16,880 nt of DNA from an archaeon (GTDB lineage Archaea; EX4484-52; B79-G9). Under the pieces are notes generated by a model. It saw nothing but the letters and a program-made list of their open reading frames with translations, did not search any database and was not told where the DNA came from. The stretch is taken from contig JBDRKP010000086.1 in the NCBI GenBank assembly GCA_043813875.1, positions 1-16,880 on the forward strand, in the 5' to 3' direction. The position numbers and the translations under genes were made by a program. Position 1 is the stretch's first letter, and every line of letters starts with the position of its first letter. Below are positions 1-8,079 of the stretch, piece after piece.

Positions 1-441
1 CTTTCTAAGGATGAACAATATACGCAATATTGTAGTGAACTCGATGAACTTGCGAAACGATTTGACGATATCGTCTCAGGGATGCCAAAAGAGATAACCG
101 TGAACGGCGGCCATGTAAAAATTGGCGACATTAATAAAACAGGTCTCGGCCCTGATAGCATCTACACAACATTGCGTACGGAGTTTGAGCTACCGTACTC
201 TTTCAATGATTATGAAAAAATCTCTGATTTGATAAATGCAGGATTTTCTGAAAATAATATACAACGAATTAAACTGGATTTTAGTGATATAAACATAACT
301 ATCGGTGTAGAAAGACCTTACTCGCATGAAAAATCAAGGTATACAATCATCTTAGATAGCCCGAATAATTTTGATGAAAATGAAGTTAATGAGACATTTC
401 TAAATATATTTCATAAAAATACAAATGAAATAAACGTGTAA
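1..441 (+). CDS. Hypothetical protein, 5'-partial (C-terminal part of a gene that probably starts before the window)
   Basis: Frame 1 is open from base 1 (LSKDEQYTQYCSELDELAKRFDDIVSG) into the listed 82..441 ORF and stops at TAA 439-441. AT-rich, no recognisable motif. Confidence 0.7.
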   Translation, partial: LSKDEQYTQYCSELDELAKRFDDIVSGMPKEITVNGGHVKIGDINKTGLGPDSIYTTLRTEFELPYSFNDYEKISDLINAGFSENNIQRIKLDFSDINITIGVERPYSHEKSRYTIILDSPNNFDENEVNETFLNIFHKNTNEINV

Positions 442-468
442 TGAATCGTGACACATCCTAAACGTTTT

Positions 469-1611
469 CTAGAACAGAAGAAAGGCCAGTGTTGCTGTTC
501 CGGCGAATGTGAAGCTGAATATGATGCGCATGAAGAGGCCTGAAAACATAAGGATTGCGCCGAGCGTCAGGACACGGCCTAGTGCTATTGATATCTCTCT
601 TACCACTATGAATTCGTCGGGGTTTTCGCGGTTTGCAGTATCAAAGCTTGCTGCCGTGAAGGGGACGTCTATCAGGACTGTGAAGAGGCCTGCAAGAAAG
701 CTGTATATGTAGAATTCAGAGGCGCTGGTCGCGTAGATGCGGGCGAACCAGAGGAGCGCAAGAAGAAGAGCGCCTTTTTTTATGAGTGATGTCTTGCCTT
801 TCTTGTCGCTTTTTCTTGCTGTGTAATAGGTGAATGCAAGGACGCCCACGCCGGTGAGTGTCTGTGAGAATCCGGTGCCTGTAGCGCTGCCCGAGAGGCC
901 CCAGTAGATGAAAAGCGGCCAGAATATGGCGCCGGCGATGAATCTTGGGCCGGTCAATATGAAATATGTGGCGTATTTGATATAGTTTTTGTTGTTAATC
1001 ATTTTCCTGAATGAGTAATTTATGTGGGGTTTTGTTTCAGGTGTCATGAAAAGCGGTAGCATGGAGAGGATTATGAATGCAATGGCTGTGAGAAACAAGG
1101 CAGGAAAGCCATAGAGAAGGGTTATGAATCCGCCTATGGTAGGGCCAATGAGGGATGCGATCTGGGGCAAGGAGATGTAGTTTCCTGACTGAGTACCCCT
1201 GTGAAGCTTGTCGCTGTGCCTTGCGAACATCGAATTTATCGATACCCAGTAGAGCGATGAGCCGAATCCGCCCAGCGCAGATATTATCAGCGGTGATATC
1301 GTGAGTGTGGTTATGTTGTGGAGACCGAGAAGAAAGATTATCAGGAATGGTGTCCTCAGGATTATCATGTGCTTGAGGCCGAACCGGTTCGCAAGGAGTG
1401 CGGATAGGGGCGCAAAAAGGCCGAGGCAGCCGTAATATACGATGAAATAGATGATGACGTAATCAAGCGAATAGCCTAAGGAAAGGAGGTATATAGGTAT
1501 GAAGACGGCAATGAGGGATATCGCAAAGCTCTGGAGGGAAAGGTTGAGATAGACTTCTGAGAGTTCTTTTCTTAAGAAATGGATCCTGTGGATGTGAAGG
1601 TGTAGATGCAT
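469..1611 (-). CDS. MFS transporter with His-rich N-terminus
   Basis: 380 aa with about 12 hydrophobic segments, motif-A-like loops (LANRFGLK; KSDKKGK) and GPTIGG. TATA-like TATTTAAA about 24 nt upstream (1635-1642). Confidence 0.88.
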   Translation of the reverse strand: MHLHLHIHRIHFLRKELSEVYLNLSLQSFAISLIAVFIPIYLLSLGYSLDYVIIYFIVYYGCLGLFAPLSALLANRFGLKHMIILRTPFLIIFLLGLHNITTLTISPLIISALGGFGSSLYWVSINSMFARHSDKLHRGTQSGNYISLPQIASLIGPTIGGFITLLYGFPALFLTAIAFIILSMLPLFMTPETKPHINYSFRKMINNKNYIKYATYFILTGPRFIAGAIFWPLFIYWGLSGSATGTGFSQTLTGVGVLAFTYYTARKSDKKGKTSLIKKGALLLALLWFARIYATSASEFYIYSFLAGLFTVLIDVPFTAASFDTANRENPDEFIVVREISIALGRVLTLGAILMFSGLFMRIIFSFTFAGTATLAFLLF

Positions 1612-1661
1612 TCGATTTATATGGTGGACTGTTGTTTAAATATGTTGCTTTTTTGGTTTTT

Positions 1662-3056
1662 TTAATCAAGATCTGATATGGTCTTTTTTGTCTTTTCGAT
1701 TTCGTTGTATAGTTGCTTGCAGCTACTTAACGCAACGTTGGCGCAAATGTTGTCTGGTATTCTGTCTTCCCTGCCATAGCCTTTTTTCTTAAATTTATCT
1801 AGTAAGATGTCAGATACTGATTTATTTCTGTTTATCATGTGACTAAAAGGCCTTATTGCCTTGTAGTATCTTCTGTGTGTACATTTTTTTGCAAATCTGA
1901 AGAAGCTTCTTGTATAGTCTCTTATCTCTTTGTTCTCGAAACCTTCGTAAGCGCTTGAATACTGCAATTTTTTTCGTATATGTGTATGGGGAGGTATGTG
2001 GAGAACGTTGCCTTCTACTTTGAATGGCTCTTCAAGTCCAACATCGGAAGGTATGACGTTTAGAAAGTCCTGTTGGATTCTCCTGAAAACATATTTCAAT
2101 AGAACAGTACCAGCAATAACATATTTTGGATGGTTCATGTCCATTGTTCGCTGCTCTAGAGTGCCGATCTTGTTAATTCGTACTGCGTGCCAAGAAAAAT
2201 CCAAAACCTTGCCATAGGTGCTTACAAGAAAAGGGTCGAGATTATTCTTTACAAAAAGTTTTTTTAATAAAGAATGTCTTTTTTTAATGACGTATATAAG
2301 GTCGCTTAAGGTTTCTTTGTAGATCGGCAGACCTGCTAATTTGGGTTGTTTGTGATACATCCCCTCGAAAGGAAATGCTCTCCCTGTTCTTTGAATCAAA
2401 ACTCTTGAGTCCTTTGCAACATACTTTCCGTCAAGAAGGGGTGATGATTGAAACAGGGTTATTAAGGCAGGATCCATTGCAATAGCCAGATTATAGCTGT
2501 CAATCAATGTCTTTTTAACTTTTGAATGTATCAGTGGTTTTAAGAATCTCTTTTTTTTGTCAAATACACCTCTTGGCAATGTGTAATGATAATGAAATGC
2601 AGGAGTTTTGCCAGCCATTTTGAATTCATGCGAGCCAAAAATAATTTTTGATTGAATGTTGTACCATTTATTTTTTCTCATCTCTGCTTCAAATGTACCT
2701 GGATAAACAGATAAGGGATAAATAACAAGATCATTTTTTTCTGCAACTTCTATCATCATCTGAAAGTTGTTTAATAAGTCCATTGCTGTGTTTTGTACTT
2801 TTACTGAAGGATATGCACCTAGTTCAACCATGCTTTTTGAGCATTCTTTAACAATAGGGATCCCTTTATTGATCTTTTTGCATTCCCTTATTATAGTGTC
2901 TGCCCCGTGTACGATAAAACCATTTTTGTTTAAGGTCTGTACTTCTATTTCCAGACCAGACAAGGATCTCTTTAATGGCTTGATGTCATAGATATTATCT
3001 TTTGATGGTAGAGATTTTATTATCCTTGCTGGCATTGAGAGCGACCTCGATCCCAT
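1662..3056 (-). CDS. Glutamate--cysteine ligase family 2 (GCS2/YbdK-like) carboxylate-amine ligase
   Basis: GLEIE (ExE), ECSKSMVEL, AFHYH (HxH) and TLEQRTMD (ExRxxD) occur in the order typical of GCS2-fold ligases. Alternative start at MPARII (3035). Confidence 0.72.
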   Translation of the reverse strand: MGSRSLSMPARIIKSLPSKDNIYDIKPLKRSLSGLEIEVQTLNKNGFIVHGADTIIRECKKINKGIPIVKECSKSMVELGAYPSVKVQNTAMDLLNNFQMMIEVAEKNDLVIYPLSVYPGTFEAEMRKNKWYNIQSKIIFGSHEFKMAGKTPAFHYHYTLPRGVFDKKKRFLKPLIHSKVKKTLIDSYNLAIAMDPALITLFQSSPLLDGKYVAKDSRVLIQRTGRAFPFEGMYHKQPKLAGLPIYKETLSDLIYVIKKRHSLLKKLFVKNNLDPFLVSTYGKVLDFSWHAVRINKIGTLEQRTMDMNHPKYVIAGTVLLKYVFRRIQQDFLNVIPSDVGLEEPFKVEGNVLHIPPHTHIRKKLQYSSAYEGFENKEIRDYTRSFFRFAKKCTHRRYYKAIRPFSHMINRNKSVSDILLDKFKKKGYGREDRIPDNICANVALSSCKQLYNEIEKTKKTISDLD

Positions 3057-3253
3057 AATGTATGGCGATCAGATTTTAAATCAGTTTCTGTAAGCTCATC
3101 TATTGCGGGGTTGTTGCATAAGTCATTGTCAAAACAGGTTATTGATGCCGTTTTATACAAAATCTACGCAATATATAAAAACAATTGCATGAGCGTTGAA
3201 TGGCAATAGTTACACAACAGCACCTATGAGGAGGGGAAATGTTTAATGATAGT

Positions 3254-3523
3254 TTAGAAAACAAGTTCATTTTGATTTGATTTATAGTATCTTATTATCT
3301 TTTCTGCGGTATTTTCTGCTACTGATCTTCTTAAGCTCTTCTCTTTTATTGACCACTGAATCTTGTACAAGGCGTCGCATTCCAATTGAAAAAGTATGAA
3401 GGTGAGCTGGTACATGAGAATTATGGGAAGTATCAGCATAATTCTTGTGGAGGGATTGCCATTCAGCGCCATGAGCCCTATGAGAAAGGTCATCACCACG
3501 GCAGAGATAAAATGAAATTTCAT
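3254..3523 (-). CDS. Small hypothetical membrane protein (two TM segments, basic C-terminal tail)
   Basis: 89 aa ATG-start ORF with two hydrophobic stretches. TATA-like TTTTAAT about 25 nt upstream (3548-3554). Divergent from the PhoU gene. Confidence 0.6.
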   Translation of the reverse strand: MKFHFISAVVMTFLIGLMALNGNPSTRIMLILPIILMYQLTFILFQLECDALYKIQWSIKEKSLRRSVAENTAEKIIRYYKSNQNELVF

Positions 3524-3567
3524 GGCATATATAATTGATTTCTATGCATTAAAATTTGAAGAACAGA

Positions 3568-3637
3568 GTATATAGACAAGTACATATGTATATATACAGT
3601 ACATATTTAAATTATATGTATATAGATGATTATATAG
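3568..3637. promoter_or_regulatory. Tandem/palindromic TATATAG-type repeats upstream of the PhoU regulator (candidate operator array)
   Basis: GTATATAGACAAGTACATAT (3568-3587), GTATATATACAGTACATAT (3588-3606), GTATATAGAT (3618-3627), TATATAG (3631-3637). Palindromes TACATATGTA (3581-3590) and GTATATATAC (3588-3597). Confidence 0.55.
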
Positions 3638-3642
3638 GTGAT

Positions 3643-4629
3643 ATGATCAGCACAGATATAAGAAAGATCCAAAAGACAGGAGCTTCAACGTTTACAATAT
3701 CTCTTCCGAAATCGTGGATCACAAAGAACAATGTAAATTCCGGAGACAAGCTGTCGATTTTTGAGGACAAGAACGGGTCTTTGAACATAAACATACATAC
3801 TTCAGAGAAAGTGCTGAGCGAAAGAGAGATAGACATAGACAGATATGATGACTGCGCACTTACACGGAAGCTGCTTGCGCTATATCTTGACGGTTCCGAC
3901 CGCATCAAGCTTGTCTCAAAAAGAGGATTTGACTCTTCCAAAAGAGAGGCGATACTCAAGCATATTAAAAGAACAATAGGTTTCGAGATAAGCGATGAAA
4001 GCAAAAATACGATGATATTACAGGATTTTTTCTCAAATGATTACCTATCGTTCATGAAGTCGATAAGGAGGGCATTCATAATATCAAAGTTCATGCTGAA
4101 TGATGCCATGAAAACCGACAAGCAAAATCAAAAGGCTCTTGAGAGCATCATGAAGTGGGAAGAGGAGATAGACAGAATCCTGTTTCTTGTGAAGAGGCAG
4201 ACCGGGCTCGCGATAATAAATTCACTTACATTAAAGCAACTTAATATCAATGCTTTAGAGTGCATGTCATACAAATATCTCATTGAACAGATTGAAGCGA
4301 TAACGGACCATATTGTCGCAATAGCACAGCAGAATGTATATTCAAGAGACATGATACCAGACGAGGTATTTTCTGATATACATGAATTCTATGAAATGAC
4401 TCTCGAGTATTATGAAAATGCGATGAAATGCTATCTGAAAAAGGACTTCTATGGCGCAAACAGTCTCGTCGATAAGAAAGACGAGTTCTTAGAGAAGAAG
4501 AATTCGATAAACGTCAAGGAACTTGAAAAAGAAGCCATCATCCCGGTAAATACAATCGTCTCGAATATCGCAAGCGTGGCGTCTCATGCTTTCAACATCG
4601 CCGAAGAGGCGGTGAACCGGACGGAATGA
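3643..4629 (+). CDS. phoU: Archaeal phosphate uptake regulator, PhoU family, with N-terminal AbrB/SpoVT DNA-binding domain
   Basis: IRKIQKTGASTFTISLPKSW (AbrB), RKLLALYLDG, IGFEI, EEEIDR, EAITDH. Start reassigned to ATG 3643, just after an SD-like GGTGA (3637-3641). The listed 3556 extension runs through the AT repeats. Confidence 0.88.
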   Translation: MISTDIRKIQKTGASTFTISLPKSWITKNNVNSGDKLSIFEDKNGSLNINIHTSEKVLSEREIDIDRYDDCALTRKLLALYLDGSDRIKLVSKRGFDSSKREAILKHIKRTIGFEISDESKNTMILQDFFSNDYLSFMKSIRRAFIISKFMLNDAMKTDKQNQKALESIMKWEEEIDRILFLVKRQTGLAIINSLTLKQLNINALECMSYKYLIEQIEAITDHIVAIAQQNVYSRDMIPDEVFSDIHEFYEMTLEYYENAMKCYLKKDFYGANSLVDKKDEFLEKKNSINVKELEKEAIIPVNTIVSNIASVASHAFNIAEEAVNRTE

Positions 4630-4648
4630 TTATCTATACGCAGCGTGT

Positions 4649-4673
4649 TTCCAGGGTTTCCGCCAACCTGGAA
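4649..4673. terminator. Hairpin between convergent genes
   Basis: TTCCAGG (4649-4655) and CCTGGAA (4667-4673) are perfect reverse complements, extendable with one bulge. Confidence 0.45.
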
Positions 4674-4694
4674 TGAGTTGGATTTGACACGACT

Positions 4695-5144
4695 TCAGCT
4701 TCTTATGTCGATTATGCCGTCTGTGTAGTCATAGTATATCACGACCATGTCTGTTGTGGCAAATTGCGCGGTGATGTTTGTCTTTGGAGGTATCTTGGGG
4801 TCGATCTTGTTTAAAATTGTTTTTACTTCAGTTACGTCAACGTCTGTAAATTCACCTTCGAAGATAAAACAGAGCATATCCTGTTTAATATCGCGGGTAT
4901 TGTCCCAGCATGTCTTTATGTAGTTTGCCATCCGTTCTGAGGTGTATGTCTCATTAATGACCTCCAGCTTGGTGTGAGGGTCGACATAGGATCCTTTGAG
5001 TATGATGTTGACTGCGTCCTTTGTCCTGCCAGGGATGTCAAGATTGATTCCCAGAAAGTGCATCACAAGACCTATGCCGACTGACGCGAGGACTATGCCG
5101 ATAAGCAGCTTTCCGATCATTTCGATAGCTAAGCCTTTTTTCAT
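4695..5144 (-). CDS. Pilin-like/secreted protein with putative class III signal peptide
   Basis: MKKG/LAIEM followed by a hydrophobic helix. Contains ANYIKTCW...DMLCF, shared with the upstream gene. 4-nt ATGA overlap with 5141..5686. Confidence 0.7.
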   Translation of the reverse strand: MKKGLAIEMIGKLLIGIVLASVGIGLVMHFLGINLDIPGRTKDAVNIILKGSYVDPHTKLEVINETYTSERMANYIKTCWDNTRDIKQDMLCFIFEGEFTDVDVTEVKTILNKIDPKIPPKTNITAQFATTDMVVIYYDYTDGIIDIRS

Positions 5145-5686
5145 ATCACTTCAACCCAATGAGCCAGGGGATTGTATTTTATTATCAGAGTTGTGCCGGA
5201 TGTGATGGGATCTGCCATCTTCCAGATTGTCTTGTTACCTGTGCCGCAGGAACCAGAATAGGGAGCATTAGTTATTTCGAGCCAGTCGTTTGGGAAGGTT
5301 GAACATTTATTTAATGACTGAATGGTGTTTGTGACTTCTGATTCGTTTATAGTGCCTCCTACGCCCTTCGCGTAAATTTCGAAGCACTCGAGGTCCTTTC
5401 CATACATGCCTTCTTCTGCCATTTCCCAGCATTTGATGATGTAGTCTGCCAATAACGGGTTTGTAAGTGTTGCTACTTCCTGGCGCTCGCCTATCACGAC
5501 GTCACGGCATTTATCCGGGAGTGGGCGTTCTGCAAAACCAGGCAGCGGTATGTAGCGGATTACGTTTTTGTGCAGTTTGCAGTTAAGAGATGATGCTGCA
5601 TCTGATGAAAACAGCTGCATCATACCGAATAGCATTGCAAGTGCTGCAATCGCAATCATGGTCGAGAAGACTATTTTGTATATCAT
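5141..5686 (-). CDS. Membrane-anchored/secreted Cys-rich protein, paralog of 4695..5144
   Basis: N-terminal TM helix, 6 Cys, ADYIIKCW...DLECF motif. The C-terminal IIKYNP...VEVI resembles VIYYDY...IDIRS of the neighbour. Confidence 0.75.
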   Translation of the reverse strand: MIYKIVFSTMIAIAALAMLFGMMQLFSSDAASSLNCKLHKNVIRYIPLPGFAERPLPDKCRDVVIGERQEVATLTNPLLADYIIKCWEMAEEGMYGKDLECFEIYAKGVGGTINESEVTNTIQSLNKCSTFPNDWLEITNAPYSGSCGTGNKTIWKMADPITSGTTLIIKYNPLAHWVEVI

Positions 5687-5715
5687 GAGACTCAGTTCTT
5701 ATATTATTTCGGCGG

Positions 5716-5729
5716 TTTATATACTTTTT
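5716..5729 (-). promoter_or_regulatory. Archaeal BRE/TATA promoter for the 5686 gene pair
   Basis: Minus strand reads AAAAAG-TATATAAA, 30 nt upstream of ATG 5686. Confidence 0.5.
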
Positions 5730-5780
5730 ATATCAAGGCTTTGTGCTTAATATTTTAAGTTAATTGTTCTATTTATTTTT

Positions 5781-6689
5781 ATGATTAAGATTGTATTTCT
5801 CGGGACGTCGTCGGGGGTGCCGACGAAGGATCGGAATCTGCCAGCGGTATTTATGATGTATAAGGATGATAGGCTGCTTTTTGATTGCGGCGAGGGGACG
5901 CAGAGGCAGCTTATGAGTTTGAAGCTCAAGTTCATGAAGATCGACCGGATTTTTATCTCTCACTGGCATGCGGATCATTTCGCGGGACTTCTTGGGCTTA
6001 TCCAGACGATGTGTCTTGAGGGGCGGCGTGAGCCTCTTTATGTCTATGGACCGCAGGAGAGCCGGAAGTTTGTCGAGCAGTTGCTGACTATCGGTTATTA
6101 TTTCAGGGCGTTTGAGGTCGTGGTAAAAGAGCTTAAGGAAGGGAATAAGGTCGATTGCGGGGAGTATGAAATCATCCCGTTTAAGGTGGAGCATAATATT
6201 CCTGCGCTCGGATATGTCTTCTCTGAGAAAGAGAGGATGAGCGCGAATATGGAAAAGGCGGCTAAGTTCGGGCTGTCTGAGAGCCCGATTATAGGTGACC
6301 TGAAAGACGGAAAAACGATCACATATAATGGTAAGACTGTCAAGCCGGAAGATGTGATTGAAAAGAAGGCCGGGCGGAAGGTCGTCTATACGGGTGATAC
6401 GAAGTATTGCGAGAATATCGTGAAATTCTCAATGGATGCCGATGTGCTTATATGCGATTCTACTTTCTCTTCTGATTTTGTTGACAAGGCGGGAAGCTTC
6501 AAGCACAGCACTTCAAAGCAGGCGGCTGAGATCGCAAAGAAGGCGAATGTGGGTAAACTTTTTTTGACGCATATCTCGAGGCGCTACCAGGAGAACGGCT
6601 TGACTGAGGAGAAACTTGAGGAGGATGCGCGAAAAGTGTTTAAGAATGTGGCTCTTGCGCGTGATTTTATGGAGTATCGGGTGAAGTAG
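5781..6689 (+). CDS. rnz: Ribonuclease Z (tRNA 3' processing endonuclease)
   Basis: FLGTSSGVPTKDRN, LFDCGEGTQRQ, ISHWHADH (HxHxDH), exosite PIIGDLKDGK, YTGDT, HST, LTHISRRY, ARDF. Confidence 0.97.
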   Translation: MIKIVFLGTSSGVPTKDRNLPAVFMMYKDDRLLFDCGEGTQRQLMSLKLKFMKIDRIFISHWHADHFAGLLGLIQTMCLEGRREPLYVYGPQESRKFVEQLLTIGYYFRAFEVVVKELKEGNKVDCGEYEIIPFKVEHNIPALGYVFSEKERMSANMEKAAKFGLSESPIIGDLKDGKTITYNGKTVKPEDVIEKKAGRKVVYTGDTKYCENIVKFSMDADVLICDSTFSSDFVDKAGSFKHSTSKQAAEIAKKANVGKLFLTHISRRYQENGLTEEKLEEDARKVFKNVALARDFMEYRVK

Positions 6690-6690
6690 T

Positions 6691-6721
6691 GTTTTTTAGT
6701 TCTAAGTCTTTTTGTATTTTT
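6691..6721 (+). terminator. Oligo-T tracts downstream of rnz (archaeal-type terminator candidate)
   Basis: Three T-runs immediately follow the TAG stop. Confidence 0.4.
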
Positions 6722-6820
6722 GAAGCTGAATGAATGTATCAATACTATCTACAAGTAAATACAAACATATATAAATGTTCGTGAGAATTATTTTATCATC
6801 ACTTTTGTGAGTGTGATATT

Positions 6821-7045
6821 ATGACGCATGGAAAACGATATCCTGTGGGTGATCGAAAACCATTTGAACCTTTTAGTACCTGTATTAGTACAGGAGACCC
6901 TAACTTAGATAGACGTATTAATCAAGCAATTGGCACAAATCCTTTTTCTGAAAAAATAAACCGATACATGGTTGATTCTGACTGCAACTATGTAGTTGCC
7001 GGAGGCCCAAACGGTGGCTTTTATAAACATTTTAAACCTCGTTGA
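6821..7045 (+). CDS. Small hypothetical protein (74 aa)
   Basis: Fills the rnz-taw1 gap on the same strand. ATATATAAA (6766-6774) and GTGA SD-like words lie upstream. No recognised motif. Confidence 0.55.
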   Translation: MTHGKRYPVGDRKPFEPFSTCISTGDPNLDRRINQAIGTNPFSEKINRYMVDSDCNYVVAGGPNGGFYKHFKPR

Positions 7046-7109
7046 TTTGAGATATTTAAGAAAAGCCTTTCCACTTCGTTTTTAAAGATATTTTGTTAAT
7101 TTAGTTTTC

Positions 7110-8054
7110 ATGGCAGATCATGACAAGGATAATACGGTTGAAGCGCGCTCACTTTTCCTCAAGCAGCATTACGGGCTTGTGGGCGCTCATTCGGCATGCA
7201 AGGTCTGTGAGTGGACGAAGAAGTCGCTGCGCGACGAAGGAGTCTGCTATAAGGAGAAGTTCTATGGCAAGATCCATGGCATAAGGTCTCACCGCTGTCT
7301 GCAGATGACGCCGGCTGCATATTTCTGCACGAACAGGTGCGTTTATTGCTGGCGGGCTATCGAGAAGACGAGCGCTAATTCTATGGACGGGGTGCGTATT
7401 GATGAGCCGAGAGAGATTGCGGATGGCTGTGTCGCTGTGCAGAGGAAGCTGCTTGCCGGATTCAAGGGGTTTTCCGGCACCAATATGAAGAAATTCAGGG
7501 AGGCGCAGGACCCACAGAATGTCGCAATTTCGCTTACTGGAGAGCCTACGCTTTATCCGAAGATTTCTGAGTTAATTGCTGAGTTCAAGAGGAGGAAGAT
7601 GAGCGTCTTTCTTGTGACCAACGGGCAGAGGCCGGATGCGCTTGTTGATATGGACGAGCCGAGCCAGTTCTATCTTTCGCTTGATGCGCCGACAAAGGAG
7701 ATCTATAAGCGAATTGATGCGCCAGAGCTTCCTGACTATTGGGAGAGGTTCAACCGCACGATCGATATGATGCCGTCTCTTTCGTGTAAGAAGGCGGTCC
7801 GGCTTACTGTTGTCAAGGGGTGGAATGACAGCCATCTTGAGGAGTATGCCGAGCTTATACGCCGGAGTGATGCTGATTTTGTCGAGGTGAAGGCGTACAT
7901 GTGGATAGGGTTCTCAAGGAAAAGGCTAACGCAAGAGGCCATGCCGCTTCATGATGAAATTTTTGAGTTTGCGCGCAGGCTGAATGAGTTGATTTCGTAT
8001 GAGTACAGGGACGAGGATGTGAGGAGCAGGGTTGCGCTTCTGGGAAAGAAATAA
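7110..8054 (+). CDS. taw1: 4-demethylwyosine synthase TYW1/Taw1 (radical SAM tRNA-modifying enzyme)
   Basis: HSACKVCEWTKKSL, CYKEKFYG, SHRCLQMTP, CTNRCVYCWR (CxxxCxxC), AISLTGEPTLYP, FLVTNG, FVEVKAYMWIGFSRKRL. TTTTTAAA 24 nt upstream. Confidence 0.96.
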   Translation: MADHDKDNTVEARSLFLKQHYGLVGAHSACKVCEWTKKSLRDEGVCYKEKFYGKIHGIRSHRCLQMTPAAYFCTNRCVYCWRAIEKTSANSMDGVRIDEPREIADGCVAVQRKLLAGFKGFSGTNMKKFREAQDPQNVAISLTGEPTLYPKISELIAEFKRRKMSVFLVTNGQRPDALVDMDEPSQFYLSLDAPTKEIYKRIDAPELPDYWERFNRTIDMMPSLSCKKAVRLTVVKGWNDSHLEEYAELIRRSDADFVEVKAYMWIGFSRKRLTQEAMPLHDEIFEFARRLNELISYEYRDEDVRSRVALLGKK

Positions 8055-8079
8055 ATATTTTCACAGCCGTTAAAAGGTT

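Noticed and set aside
3568..3637. CRISPR array
   Set aside because: Only 2-4 short degenerate AT repeats without unique spacers, and no cas genes.
3556..3642. N-terminal extension of PhoU in the ORF track
   Set aside because: TTG start translating the AT repeat region. The AbrB domain and SD point to ATG 3643.
5769..6343. Minus-strand ORFs overlapping rnz, plus similar short overlapping ORFs elsewhere in the track
   Set aside because: Shadows of strongly supported genes, with no motifs.
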